This document shows positions 40,363 to 47,811 of a DNA stretch of 57,904 nucleotides, in pieces; position 1 is the first letter of the stretch; the number at the start of each line of letters is the position of its first letter. Origin of the DNA: a virus (Duplodnaviria; Caudoviricetes); the IMG/VR virus record IMGVR_UViG_3300030012_002820, positions 1-57,904 of that record; one strand, given 5' to 3'. Position numbers and translations under genes: made by a program. The notes below the pieces were generated by a model. That model was not told where the DNA came from and searched no databases. It saw nothing but the letters and a program-made list of their open reading frames with translations.

Positions 40363-40485
40363 ATGAAAGAATTATTTATAAAACTATATCACTGTTTTAT
40401 TTTCGTATCTTTATCAATGATAGCTGTGCTTGGCATAGCATCGTTTATCATACTAGTAACATCCTTAATACATAACAACATTTAA
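40363..40485 (+). CDS. 40-aa single-TM peptide (not in ORF track)
   Basis: AAGGA RBS; CFIFVSLSMIAVLGIASFIILVTSLI hydrophobic core. Confidence 0.6.
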   Translation: MKELFIKLYHCFIFVSLSMIAVLGIASFIILVTSLIHNNI

Positions 40486-40512
40486 CTGTCTTGTATTTGG
40501 TAATCTAGACAA

Positions 40513-40575
40513 TAAGCAGGTGTCTTTTATATCTATAATAATATGCTCTCTCCTTTAAGAGTAGATGCCTGCTTA
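40513..40575 (+). ncRNA. candidate structured RNA 1 (anti-SD loop)
   Basis: 13-bp closing stem UAAGCAGGUGUCU/AGAUGCCUGCUUA with 2 G-U pairs; inner hairpin GCUCU-CUCCUUUA-AGAGU. Confidence 0.6.
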
Positions 40576-40584
40576 AATTTTATA

Positions 40585-40797
40585 TTTGACTTGTGAGTAC
40601 GAACAATTCCTCGACATGGGAATAAGTACCATGCAGTGCAATAGGTTTGCAACCTTTAATAGACAATCAACGAGCAAGTGCTTGAGAGAGTCTTAGCACA
40701 ATTCATGATTAATAAACAAAAAACCAACTACAGTGTCATTGCTTTATTAATATACAGGTGGATAGACGTATCCAAAGTAGAGTCCTGTCAAGTCAAA
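40585..40797 (+). ncRNA. candidate multibranched RNA 2 (~213 nt)
   Basis: Closing UUUGACUUG/CAAGUCAAA; inner stems AUUCC/GGAAU, UGCAA/UUGCA, GUGCU/AGCAC, AUUAAUAAA/UUUAUUAAU, ACAGG/CCUGU and UGGAUA/UAUCCA. Confidence 0.6.
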
Positions 40798-40805
40798 AAT
40801 TTTAT

Positions 40806-40861
40806 ATTAAGTGAGTCACAAAACTACCTTAGTAAGACCGAAACTAAGCAAAGCACTTAAT
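40806..40861 (+). ncRNA. candidate small three-way-junction RNA 3
   Basis: Closing AUUAAGUG/CACUUAAU; inner CUUAGU/ACUAAG. Confidence 0.5.
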
Positions 40862-40863
40862 CA

Positions 40864-41076
40864 AAATGCTAAAGAGTAATTATAGATTACATATAAACTA
40901 GTTATGTTATTCCGCTCGTGTAGTTAGTTGCTACATAAACTACGAGTCACCGTAATATAGGTAGTCAGCAATGCATTGAACGTACTGCTGCTATATGGTA
41001 ATGTGTCGATAGTATTTTTATTGACATGTAATAGTCTAGAGCTGTTTAAAATACAAATATGCTTTCTTTAGCATTT
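40864..41076 (+). ncRNA. candidate multibranched RNA 4 (~213 nt)
   Basis: 12-bp closing AAAUGCUAAAGA/UCUUUAGCAUUU; inner GCUCGUG/UACGAGU, CAGCA/UGCUG and AUGUGUCGAUAG/UUAUUGACAUGU with G-U pairs. Confidence 0.62.
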
Positions 41077-41082
41077 AATTAT

Positions 41083-41173
41083 GTAAGGCTAGGTATTGTC
41101 AGTAAATCTAATAAAAGAGTAGTCTAGACTGAAAGCAAACTCTTGAAGATTTATGCTATGGCTCTAGCCTTGC
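41083..41173 (+). ncRNA. candidate RNA 5 (AGGCUAG/AUGGCUCUAGCCU motif, copy A)
   Basis: GUAAGGCUAGG/UCUAGCCUUGC closing stem; inner GUAAAUCU/AGAUUUAU and AAGAGU/ACUCUU; paralog at 42742. Confidence 0.7.
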
Positions 41174-41184
41174 TATATTTTAAT

Positions 41185-41262
41185 AGGGTGTAGACATAAC
41201 TAAAATAGTATTGATTAATTGGAGTATTAATTTCACAACCCATAATAATCAGTTTGCACCCT
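41185..41262 (+). ncRNA. candidate RNA 6
   Basis: AGGGUGUAGAC/GUUUGCACCCU, 11 bp with 2 G-U pairs. Confidence 0.55.
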
Positions 41263-41300
41263 TAGTATAATTTATTAAATAAAAAAGAGGAGCATATATT

Positions 41301-41489
41301 ATGCCTGATAAGTATGATATGGAGCTAGACGCACAACCAACTCTAGCAGAGATAAAATATCAATGTGAACATAAACATACCGAAAGAGCAGAATACTATT
41401 TTGGTAGAGATTATAGTAAAGACTATTTTTTCTATTGGATTTGTTCTAGCTGTGGTGAGGAAGTAGAGAGTGAACCTGATGAAGCGTAA
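41301..41489 (+). CDS. small Zn-binding-like protein
   Basis: GAGGAG RBS; CEH...CSSC. Confidence 0.65.
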   Translation: MPDKYDMELDAQPTLAEIKYQCEHKHTERAEYYFGRDYSKDYFFYWICSSCGEEVESEPDEA

Positions 41490-41592
41490 AGCATATTTAA
41501 GAAATAGGTCATTTACAAGTCAAGGCAGAGTAGGTGCATCAGAATTATTAATTAAAAAACTTATTAAAAAGTCAAAAAAGGAGATTAGAAAT

Positions 41593-41784
41593 ATGTCAGT
41601 GCAAGTAACAAAAGAGGATTTCTTACAATATAAAAGAGTCCAAGAAAGTGGTGAGTTTAATATGTTTGACCCATCAGCAAGAATGATGACAACTCTATCT
41701 AAAGAACAATGGGTGCATATTATGCAAAGTTATGAATCACTAAACAATGCTTGGGGCAAAGAAAATGATAAACCTGAAGAATGA
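41593..41784 (+). CDS. DUF5049-like small protein (start reassigned from 41470)
   Basis: AAGGAG RBS; VQESGEFNMFD motif. Confidence 0.55.
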   Translation: MSVQVTKEDFLQYKRVQESGEFNMFDPSARMMTTLSKEQWVHIMQSYESLNNAWGKENDKPEE

Positions 41785-41971
41785 AAAAATTGTAACATCT
41801 GTATTATCTAACGTATCTTATAAAGAGATAAAAAATAAATATCCTGATAAGATTGTTAGTGCATATACAGAAGGTCAAAGATTAGTATTAGTTTTAGATA
41901 AGTGCAGAATCAAATATGATGAAAGAATACCTCAAAAAGATGACAATGTATATGGTTCGATTCATAAATAA
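41765..41971 (+). CDS. hypothetical protein
   Basis: ORF-track ORF overlapping the upstream gene; start uncertain. Confidence 0.5.
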   Translation: MINLKNEKIVTSVLSNVSYKEIKNKYPDKIVSAYTEGQRLVLVLDKCRIKYDERIPQKDDNVYGSIHK

Positions 41972-42088
41972 ACTATTATTAATAAGATATGGTTGTCTGT
42001 TTGGTTGGATATTATGGTTGATGTTATGGTATATGCTTCCTGCCTTTGGACAAGAGCTTCCAATAAATTTTTAAGAAAGGGTAGTAAT

Positions 42089-42733
42089 ATGGGAATGGAT
42101 GTATATGGATTGAATCCAAAGAAAAGAGTTGAAAAAAGTCAAGAATTTAAAGACATATTAAGTAAATATGGTGAAAAGGTAGGAATGTTTTTAGATTGGA
42201 ATAAAAAAATACCTAAAGATGTTATGCATAGATATTATGACATAAAAGAACAATATGAGCAAGATAATCCAGGTATTTATTTTCGCAATAATGTATGGTG
42301 GTGGCGACCTCTATGGGATTATGTTTGTGTTGCTTGTTCTGATATTGTAACAGAAGAAGACCATAGACAAGGTCATAGTAATAGTGGTCGTAGAATATCT
42401 AAAACTAAATCTAAAAAAATAGCTGCTAGACTTAGAAAACTTGTTAAAGATGGCACAGTAAAAGATGCTGAGATAGTAAATGCAGAAATGCGTGGTGAAG
42501 CTATCAGACATAATACTAAAGTAGATGCTAGATTAGAACAACTACGTTTAGATATGATTAAAATGACAGGCGATAAAAATATTGCACCTAAAGATTATCC
42601 CAATAAGTATAGAAAGCAATGGGCTGATATTTATGGTGAAAGTAAAGGCATAGCTGATTATCCATTTAGTGAAGAGAATGTAATAAGATTTATTTCTTTT
42701 TGCGATGATAGTGGTGGATTTGAAATCTGTTAA
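42089..42733 (+). CDS. conserved-type phage hypothetical protein (start reassigned from 41993)
   Basis: MGMDVYG...GIYFRNNVWWWRPLW...YPF...F..F...SGGFEIC; RBS AAAGGG. Confidence 0.7.
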   Translation: MGMDVYGLNPKKRVEKSQEFKDILSKYGEKVGMFLDWNKKIPKDVMHRYYDIKEQYEQDNPGIYFRNNVWWWRPLWDYVCVACSDIVTEEDHRQGHSNSGRRISKTKSKKIAARLRKLVKDGTVKDAEIVNAEMRGEAIRHNTKVDARLEQLRLDMIKMTGDKNIAPKDYPNKYRKQWADIYGESKGIADYPFSEENVIRFISFCDDSGGFEIC

Positions 42734-42741
42734 TTAAAATT

Positions 42742-42819
42742 GTGAGGCTAGATATGGTATAGTCAATTACGGCTACAGATACTAGTCTTGGTAGAGTAAT
42801 GTTATGGCTCTAGCCTCAC
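42742..42819 (+). ncRNA. candidate RNA (AGGCUAG/AUGGCUCUAGCCU motif, copy B)
   Basis: Perfect 11-bp GUGAGGCUAGA/UCUAGCCUCAC stem filling the intergenic gap; covaries with 41083-41173. Confidence 0.7.
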
Positions 42820-42836
42820 TTTAACTTGAGGTTATA

Positions 42837-43169
42837 ATGGTTAAATTAATGCAACAAAGAGTAAAGAAATTACTTGCTTCTGAATCACGTTATCGTGTAT
42901 CTGATACTAATCTTATGGCAAGAGTATGGTATGATGATTTAGTAGCAAGAGGTAAAGATACATCAAATATGACTGCTACTGAGTTTTTAATTGAATTGCA
43001 AAAAGGCAATCTAACTAATTGGGAAACAGCTACAAGAGTTAGACGCAAACTGCAATCTAAACATAAAGAACTTCGTGATGATAAAGTATACAAAGGTAGA
43101 AAAGATGAAGAAGAACGTTGGAGAAATAGATTTTCACCTAATGTATATCAAGTTCAGCGATTAAAATAA
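42837..43169 (+). CDS. hypothetical protein
   Basis: GAGG RBS; R.SD..L...VW...E...RVRRKLQ pattern. Confidence 0.7.
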   Translation: MVKLMQQRVKKLLASESRYRVSDTNLMARVWYDDLVARGKDTSNMTATEFLIELQKGNLTNWETATRVRRKLQSKHKELRDDKVYKGRKDEEERWRNRFSPNVYQVQRLK

Positions 43170-43178
43170 AAATATAAC

Positions 43179-43207
43179 TTGACTCTAAATGTAGATATTG
43201 TTATATT
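43179..43207 (+). promoter_or_regulatory. sigma70-type promoter (extended -10) for the recombination genes
   Basis: TTGACT-17 nt-TATATT with TG at -15/-14 and an A-rich upstream region. Confidence 0.7.
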
Positions 43208-43232
43208 TAGAGACTTATTTCGTGGAGGAAAT

Positions 43233-43973
43233 ATGAAAAAAACTAGCTTTGTAGAGTCAGTTTATGGTGATTGGCTTCGATTTTTAAATGATGAAAATAG
43301 AAAAAAGTATAATGAACATAAAGGTATGTTTAGTGCATCATCTGCAGGTACTTGTTTTCGTAAACAGCATTTAAAACGACAAGGATTGGATGAACCACCA
43401 TTAGATAACAGAGTAATGAGACTATTAAGACTAGGAACTGTTGTTCATGAAGATATACAGCAGAGCTTAATAGATTACTTTAAATCTAATCAAGATAAAC
43501 TTAATCAAGTACTTTACATAGAACATAAAATACAAATTAAAGACTTAAATGTTGTTGGTCATTTAGATATTGCTATAGAAGAAGGTGACAATGTTAAAGT
43601 TTACGATATAAAAACTTCAGCCGCTTATAAATGGAAAATGAAGTTTGGTCGTAATCGTGAAAAGAATGGTAGTGTAAACTATAATTTACAAATTGGCACT
43701 TATGCTTATGCAATGGGCGAACAATTACAAACCGATAATGTTGATATGTCTTTGCTATGGTACAATAAAGATAATAGTCAATTAAGAGAAGAACCACTAG
43801 GTAACAATTGGATGAGTCTTGCTATAGAATATTGGGAAGAGTTAAATGAAACTCTTGAAGATGTAAAATCAGTAGATGGTAGCGAATTAATTCCAGGAAG
43901 TTATGGCGTACCAATGATGAATTGGGAATGTCGATATTGTGGTTTTAAAGACATACATTGTCAAGGAGTATAA
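43233..43973 (+). CDS. Cas4-like PD-(D/E)xK exonuclease with Fe-S cysteines (start reassigned from 43179)
   Basis: SASSAGTC.RK, GT.VHE, GHLD...DIKT, Q...Y and C-terminal CxxCx6C; GGAGG RBS. Confidence 0.82.
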   Translation: MKKTSFVESVYGDWLRFLNDENRKKYNEHKGMFSASSAGTCFRKQHLKRQGLDEPPLDNRVMRLLRLGTVVHEDIQQSLIDYFKSNQDKLNQVLYIEHKIQIKDLNVVGHLDIAIEEGDNVKVYDIKTSAAYKWKMKFGRNREKNGSVNYNLQIGTYAYAMGEQLQTDNVDMSLLWYNKDNSQLREEPLGNNWMSLAIEYWEELNETLEDVKSVDGSELIPGSYGVPMMNWECRYCGFKDIHCQGV

Positions 43974-43974
43974 A

Positions 43975-44346
43975 ATGGCAGATATAACTATGGAAGAAGC
44001 ATCTGAGTTTACTTTCCATAATACTAAAGATGTAACTGTAAATAATTTAATTGGCAAGTTTTCAAGTAGAGCAATTAAATCTAATGAAAAACATGGCGAT
44101 ACAATTAATGAAGTAAATAAAACTGTAGGTCAATGGGTACAAGAAGGATTAGAAGAAGCAATGGATATGTGCGTATATCTACAGAGACTAGAAGAGTTAA
44201 TTGAAGAAATTAAAGTACATCTTGTAGATTTAGGTTGGGAGACTCAAAGAATGAGTAGTGATGGTACAGAAACTTTAAAAATACTATGGGAATATTTTGG
44301 TATTCCGTGGGATGAAGCAATAGATAAAGGAGAAAATTATGGATGA
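43975..44346 (+). CDS. all-alpha NTP-pyrophosphohydrolase (MazG-like) domain protein
   Basis: R......K.G.T......W.....EE.MD...YL pattern; AAGGAG RBS before ATG 43975. Confidence 0.45.
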   Translation: MADITMEEASEFTFHNTKDVTVNNLIGKFSSRAIKSNEKHGDTINEVNKTVGQWVQEGLEEAMDMCVYLQRLEELIEEIKVHLVDLGWETQRMSSDGTETLKILWEYFGIPWDEAIDKGENYG

Positions 44347-44941
44347 TAAATTGGCATTAGCTGATATAAATCTAGATGTCATAAACGAGTCTTTGTCAAA
44401 AATTACTGAGCATCAAAAGAAAGTTGGTAAAATACAGACACCAAAAGGCTTAGTAAAGAAAAAGATGGGATTTGATTATGTTGAACTATCTTATATGAAA
44501 AAAATAGCTAATGAACAATATCCAGGATGGTCTTGGACTATAATAAATTCTGAGGCTATGGGTACTGCAGCTTATTTAGTTCATGGCAGACTTAAATGGT
44601 TTGACAATGGTATATGGCGAGAAGGCGATATGGTAGCAGCACATAGGATACAGAAGAAAAGAGATTCTGAGGAGTTTGTAGAAATAGGTAATGATGTTAA
44701 ATCTGCTAACACTGATTGTCTTAAAAAAGCATTTAATGTATATATGAATATTGCTGCAGATGTATATCGTTCTGATGACCCAACTCTTGATGATGAACAA
44801 ATTAATACTTTATTAACACTTGCTGAAAAATGTGGCAAAGAAGAAGTAATTGGTGACCAAATAGCAAATGGTGCTATCAATACTTATAATTATTCAGGAA
44901 GTAAATCAAAATTAGAGAGGATGGTTAAAAACAATGACTAA
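44339..44941 (+). CDS. Rad52/Sak-like single-strand annealing protein
   Basis: G.DYV....M...AN....GWSW.I and K.A.TD.LKKA motifs; next to exonuclease and SSB. Confidence 0.78.
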   Translation: MDDKLALADINLDVINESLSKITEHQKKVGKIQTPKGLVKKKMGFDYVELSYMKKIANEQYPGWSWTIINSEAMGTAAYLVHGRLKWFDNGIWREGDMVAAHRIQKKRDSEEFVEIGNDVKSANTDCLKKAFNVYMNIAADVYRSDDPTLDDEQINTLLTLAEKCGKEEVIGDQIANGAINTYNYSGSKSKLERMVKNND

Positions 44942-45179
44942 TGAAGAACTATTAGAAAAAGGCATATCATATGATATTGGCACAAATGATGGCAAAATAT
45001 TTAGCAGGGTTGTTTACAAAGGAACAAAAAATGTTATGGGTAAACAAATTATGTGCTTTGAGACTCAAAATAGAGAATCTTTAAGTGTAAACCCTAGTTA
45101 CTTTGCCTTTTCATTAGAAGATAACGGAGAATATCCACAACCTAAAGATTTTAATATAGGAGAAAATCAAAATGGCTAA
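44934..45179 (+). CDS. hypothetical protein
   Basis: Coupled ORF in the operon. Confidence 0.65.
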   Translation: MTNEELLEKGISYDIGTNDGKIFSRVVYKGTKNVMGKQIMCFETQNRESLSVNPSYFAFSLEDNGEYPQPKDFNIGENQNG

Positions 45180-45450
45180 ACTCACAGTAGCAGAAGCTCA
45201 ATCCTTGCATGAAGAAGGTGTACTTAGTGCATCTGCATTAAAAGAAATGCAAGATAAAGGGCTTGTTTCAACAAGAACAAGAAACGAAAAACGTGTAATG
45301 AAAACAAAAGAAGGTGGCTTTGTTACACCTCAGTTTTATTTTCAGGGATTAGATGGTCATAACTATAGTAAGAAAATGACCGATTTAAGAACTAAAGTAC
45401 AAACTTTGATAAATGAGTTCACAACAATACAAAAAACAAATAATAAGTAG
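45172..45450 (+). CDS. hypothetical protein
   Basis: AGGAG RBS. Confidence 0.7.
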   Translation: MAKLTVAEAQSLHEEGVLSASALKEMQDKGLVSTRTRNEKRVMKTKEGGFVTPQFYFQGLDGHNYSKKMTDLRTKVQTLINEFTTIQKTNNK

Positions 45451-45462
45451 AGGCAATAACAT

Positions 45463-46041
45463 ATGATTGACATGGAAAATACATACTTTGATGCGTCAAA
45501 TGATGGCGTAATACCAATAATTCCAGGACAATATCCTGCGCATGTTTGTGGTTTTGAAGGTAGAGAAGTGCAAACAAAAATAGGTACACAAAAAGTATTT
45601 AATGTTGAGTTTAAAATAGCAGACGCAGTTAATAAGATGGAAATTATTAAACATCAATACGTTGAAGACAAATTAGTACCTATAATGGAAGATGGTAAAG
45701 CTGTTAAAATATCAGCATCATTTATGAATGGTAAACAGTTTAAAAGTACAGGCATATGGCTCACCGAAAATCCCGCAGAAGGCGAAGGATGGCGAAATAG
45801 AAATTATGTAAATTTCTTTCAGGGCATTGGCGTAGTATTCCCAAAAGTAGAAGATAAAGTAAAATTAGCAGAAGTAGAAGAAACTGATATATTAGGACTT
45901 CCTGTTTTTGTTAAGCTAGACAAGGAATATTACGAAAAAGATGGTGAAGAAAGGTCTACATGGAAAGTATTCTCAGCTACAGCTTGGCTAGATGGCGAGA
46001 AAATATCACAAGATGAAGTAAAAGAAGACGTTCCATTTTAA
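45463..46041 (+). CDS. single-stranded DNA-binding protein (DUF669-like OB fold)
   Basis: IPG.Y.A.V N-terminus; acidic tail ending EDVPF. Confidence 0.72.
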   Translation: MIDMENTYFDASNDGVIPIIPGQYPAHVCGFEGREVQTKIGTQKVFNVEFKIADAVNKMEIIKHQYVEDKLVPIMEDGKAVKISASFMNGKQFKSTGIWLTENPAEGEGWRNRNYVNFFQGIGVVFPKVEDKVKLAEVEETDILGLPVFVKLDKEYYEKDGEERSTWKVFSATAWLDGEKISQDEVKEDVPF

Positions 46042-46045
46042 TAAA

Positions 46046-46119
46046 TAGATGTGTAAATCTAGCAGTGCCAATAATTGAATCGTAAGCACAGATTATTGGT
46101 TATAATACAGTGTCATCTA
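46046..46119 (+). ncRNA. candidate structured RNA
   Basis: UAGAUG/CAUCUA closing stem; inner GCCAAUAAU/AUUAUUGGU. Confidence 0.45.
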
Positions 46120-46189
46120 ATGTAGGGGTTGTGAGAATGAGGAGTTTTTCAAAGCTAACACCCTTTCTCCCTTCTTGCAACCCTTGCAT
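46120..46189 (+). ncRNA. candidate long-stem RNA
   Basis: 18-bp AUGUAGGGGUUGUGAGAA/UUCUUGCAACCCUUGCAU; all 4 non-WC pairs are G-U. Confidence 0.65.
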
Positions 46190-46204
46190 AAACTTGGAGA
46201 CAAT

Positions 46205-46456
46205 ATGAAAATATCAACACTAGTTAAAAGAGCATTAAAAAATGGTTTTAAAGCAAAGCCTGCTCATGGATATAAATGGTTAAAAGACATCCCTGTTGGT
46301 AGTATGTTTGAAACTGCTAGTGGTACTCGTGGAATATTATTAGATTGTGAAGTAAATGCTAGAGTTATCATTACACAAACCAATGTCAAAGATAATCCTG
46401 AAAGTTATATGGGTAAAAGGATTATATCTGACCAAACAGAAGTAAAGGAGTTATAA
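46205..46456 (+). CDS. hypothetical protein (start reassigned from 46175)
   Basis: GGAG RBS before ATG 46205. Confidence 0.65.
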   Translation: MKISTLVKRALKNGFKAKPAHGYKWLKDIPVGSMFETASGTRGILLDCEVNARVIITQTNVKDNPESYMGKRIISDQTEVKEL

Positions 46457-46587
46457 TGGAAGCATTGATAATTTTAACAGGTAGTTTAATTTGGATAGCA
46501 ATATCTGTTGCTGTAATTTTACTTGGAACGATTGGAATAATAACTTTATTAGAAAATAAATATAATGGCTTCAAACAAAAAAGGTAA
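46456..46587 (+). CDS. 43-aa single-TM peptide (not in ORF track)
   Basis: AAGGAG RBS; MEALIILTGSLIWIAISVAVILLGTIGIITLL... Confidence 0.6.
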   Translation: MEALIILTGSLIWIAISVAVILLGTIGIITLLENKYNGFKQKR

Positions 46588-46780
46588 TTGGAAAAATGTT
46601 AAACTTATGTATTATGAGCCGTATCAAGACGTTATTACTCGTGCATATGAAAAACTAGAAGAAATGTATAGTTATAATTATGAAAACAGTTTTAACGAGG
46701 AAACTTGGACACCTCATTTACGAGAAGAATTACCTATACATTTTAGTACAATTTTTCACATGGAGTACAATGATGCCTAA
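46565..46780 (+). CDS. hypothetical protein
   Basis: Overlapping ORF in the operon. Confidence 0.55.
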   Translation: MASNKKGNWKNVKLMYYEPYQDVITRAYEKLEEMYSYNYENSFNEETWTPHLREELPIHFSTIFHMEYNDA

Positions 46781-46991
46781 CTTAAACCATTGTTTAGATT
46801 GCGATAAACCTTATACTAATCGTGGTCTTGTATGTTCAAATTGTGGTATAAAATACAGAAACATACATGAAACAACACAAAGATTAACTTACCAAATAAG
46901 TAAGAAATCTAAAAAAAATAAAGACACATATAATTTAATTAATTGGGCTATTTATAGCTCAAGAAAGAGGTTGGCAGAGGAAAAGTGTTAA
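46770..46991 (+). CDS. Zn-finger protein (start reassigned from 46680)
   Basis: GGAG RBS; CLDC...CSNC. Confidence 0.55.
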   Translation: MMPNLNHCLDCDKPYTNRGLVCSNCGIKYRNIHETTQRLTYQISKKSKKNKDTYNLINWAIYSSRKRLAEEKC

Positions 46992-47081
46992 TTTGGATTG
47001 GCGTTTGAATTAAAGACAATCTGTTGAGCGTAATGAGCGTTTTATACACGAGTTACGCTCTCTCTTTCTATAGGAGGTAAA

Positions 47082-47258
47082 GTGAACAAACCAAGAGATA
47101 AGTTTCCCTATAAAAGCATTACCTGTAAAGAGTATATAAAAGATAGAGATAAAACTTTCGCTGAAAATGGCAATGGTTGGTGGTGGTATCAAGGTACTCA
47201 AGTAGGTAGAAAAATAGACAAAGAAAGAATAGAGAGGAAATATAAATGGGTAAAATGA
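47082..47258 (+). CDS. 58-aa protein (not in ORF track)
   Basis: AGGAGG RBS, GTG start; NGNGWWWYQG. Confidence 0.6.
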   Translation: MNKPRDKFPYKSITCKEYIKDRDKTFAENGNGWWWYQGTQVGRKIDKERIERKYKWVK

Positions 47259-47434
47259 AAAAGATAGCAGAATTAGCTATGAGTGGTAAAGTAGAAGATG
47301 AAAAACAATTATATGATATTCTATCTAGCAAAATGAGTAAAGGTGCAGCTAGAATAGGTGTTAGTGAGTTTATAAAAGCTGCTCAAGAAATGAAAAAAGA
47401 AATGAAAATTGAAAGTGACAGTACTGAATTATAA
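47246..47434 (+). CDS. hypothetical protein
   Basis: GAGG RBS; MGKMK. Confidence 0.65.
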   Translation: MGKMKKIAELAMSGKVEDEKQLYDILSSKMSKGAARIGVSEFIKAAQEMKKEMKIESDSTEL

Positions 47435-47810
47435 ATGTCCCGCTTGTGGATATAGTAAACAGACAAATTACAACCCTTCAAGAGAAATATCTAAACTTCG
47501 TAGATTAAGACAATCAAGTACAAGAAAGCTACTTAGACAAGTTGTCAACAAAATTAAAATAAACATTCCTAGCGAAAATAACATTACTAAAGAGTTTTAT
47601 TTTTACCAAAGCATATCACAAGTTAGTGATGCTGAAGTAAAATATGGTTTAAATATATATATGAGTAGTAACTCGTATTATAAAGGAAAAGGTTTTAAAT
47701 ATTTAACACAGATAATATTAAATCATAATACAAATAAAACTAAAATGAAAGAATTTGAAAGACAGATGATTGGTAAACCACCATCCATCGTAAACTTAGA
47801 GGAGGATTAA
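47409..47810 (+). CDS. protein with CxxC knuckle and possible DnaD-like C-terminal helix
   Basis: YKCPACG; KGFKYLTQIILN resembles the YxxxI motif of initiator C-terminal domains (weak). Confidence 0.4.
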   Translation: MKVTVLNYKCPACGYSKQTNYNPSREISKLRRLRQSSTRKLLRQVVNKIKINIPSENNITKEFYFYQSISQVSDAEVKYGLNIYMSSNSYYKGKGFKYLTQIILNHNTNKTKMKEFERQMIGKPPSIVNLEED

Positions 47811-47811
47811 T

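Noticed and set aside
40678-40860. 60-aa ORF inside the ncRNA array
   Set aside because: GTG start without an RBS; it crosses stem boundaries, and RNA structure explains the region better.
40487-41280. CRISPR array, tRNA cluster or known self-cleaving ribozymes
   Set aside because: No repeat-spacer periodicity, no TTC-loop cloverleaf, and no hammerhead CUGANGA or twister/pistol core seen by eye.
43233-43973. Cas4-like nuclease as part of a CRISPR-Cas system
   Set aside because: No cas1/cas2 or array; it sits with an annealase and SSB as a recombination exonuclease.
40729-46116. Shared 11-mer TACAGTGTCAT in two candidate RNAs (40729 and 46106)
   Set aside because: One 11-nt match among about 1 kb of AT-rich intergenic sequence is roughly what chance would give.
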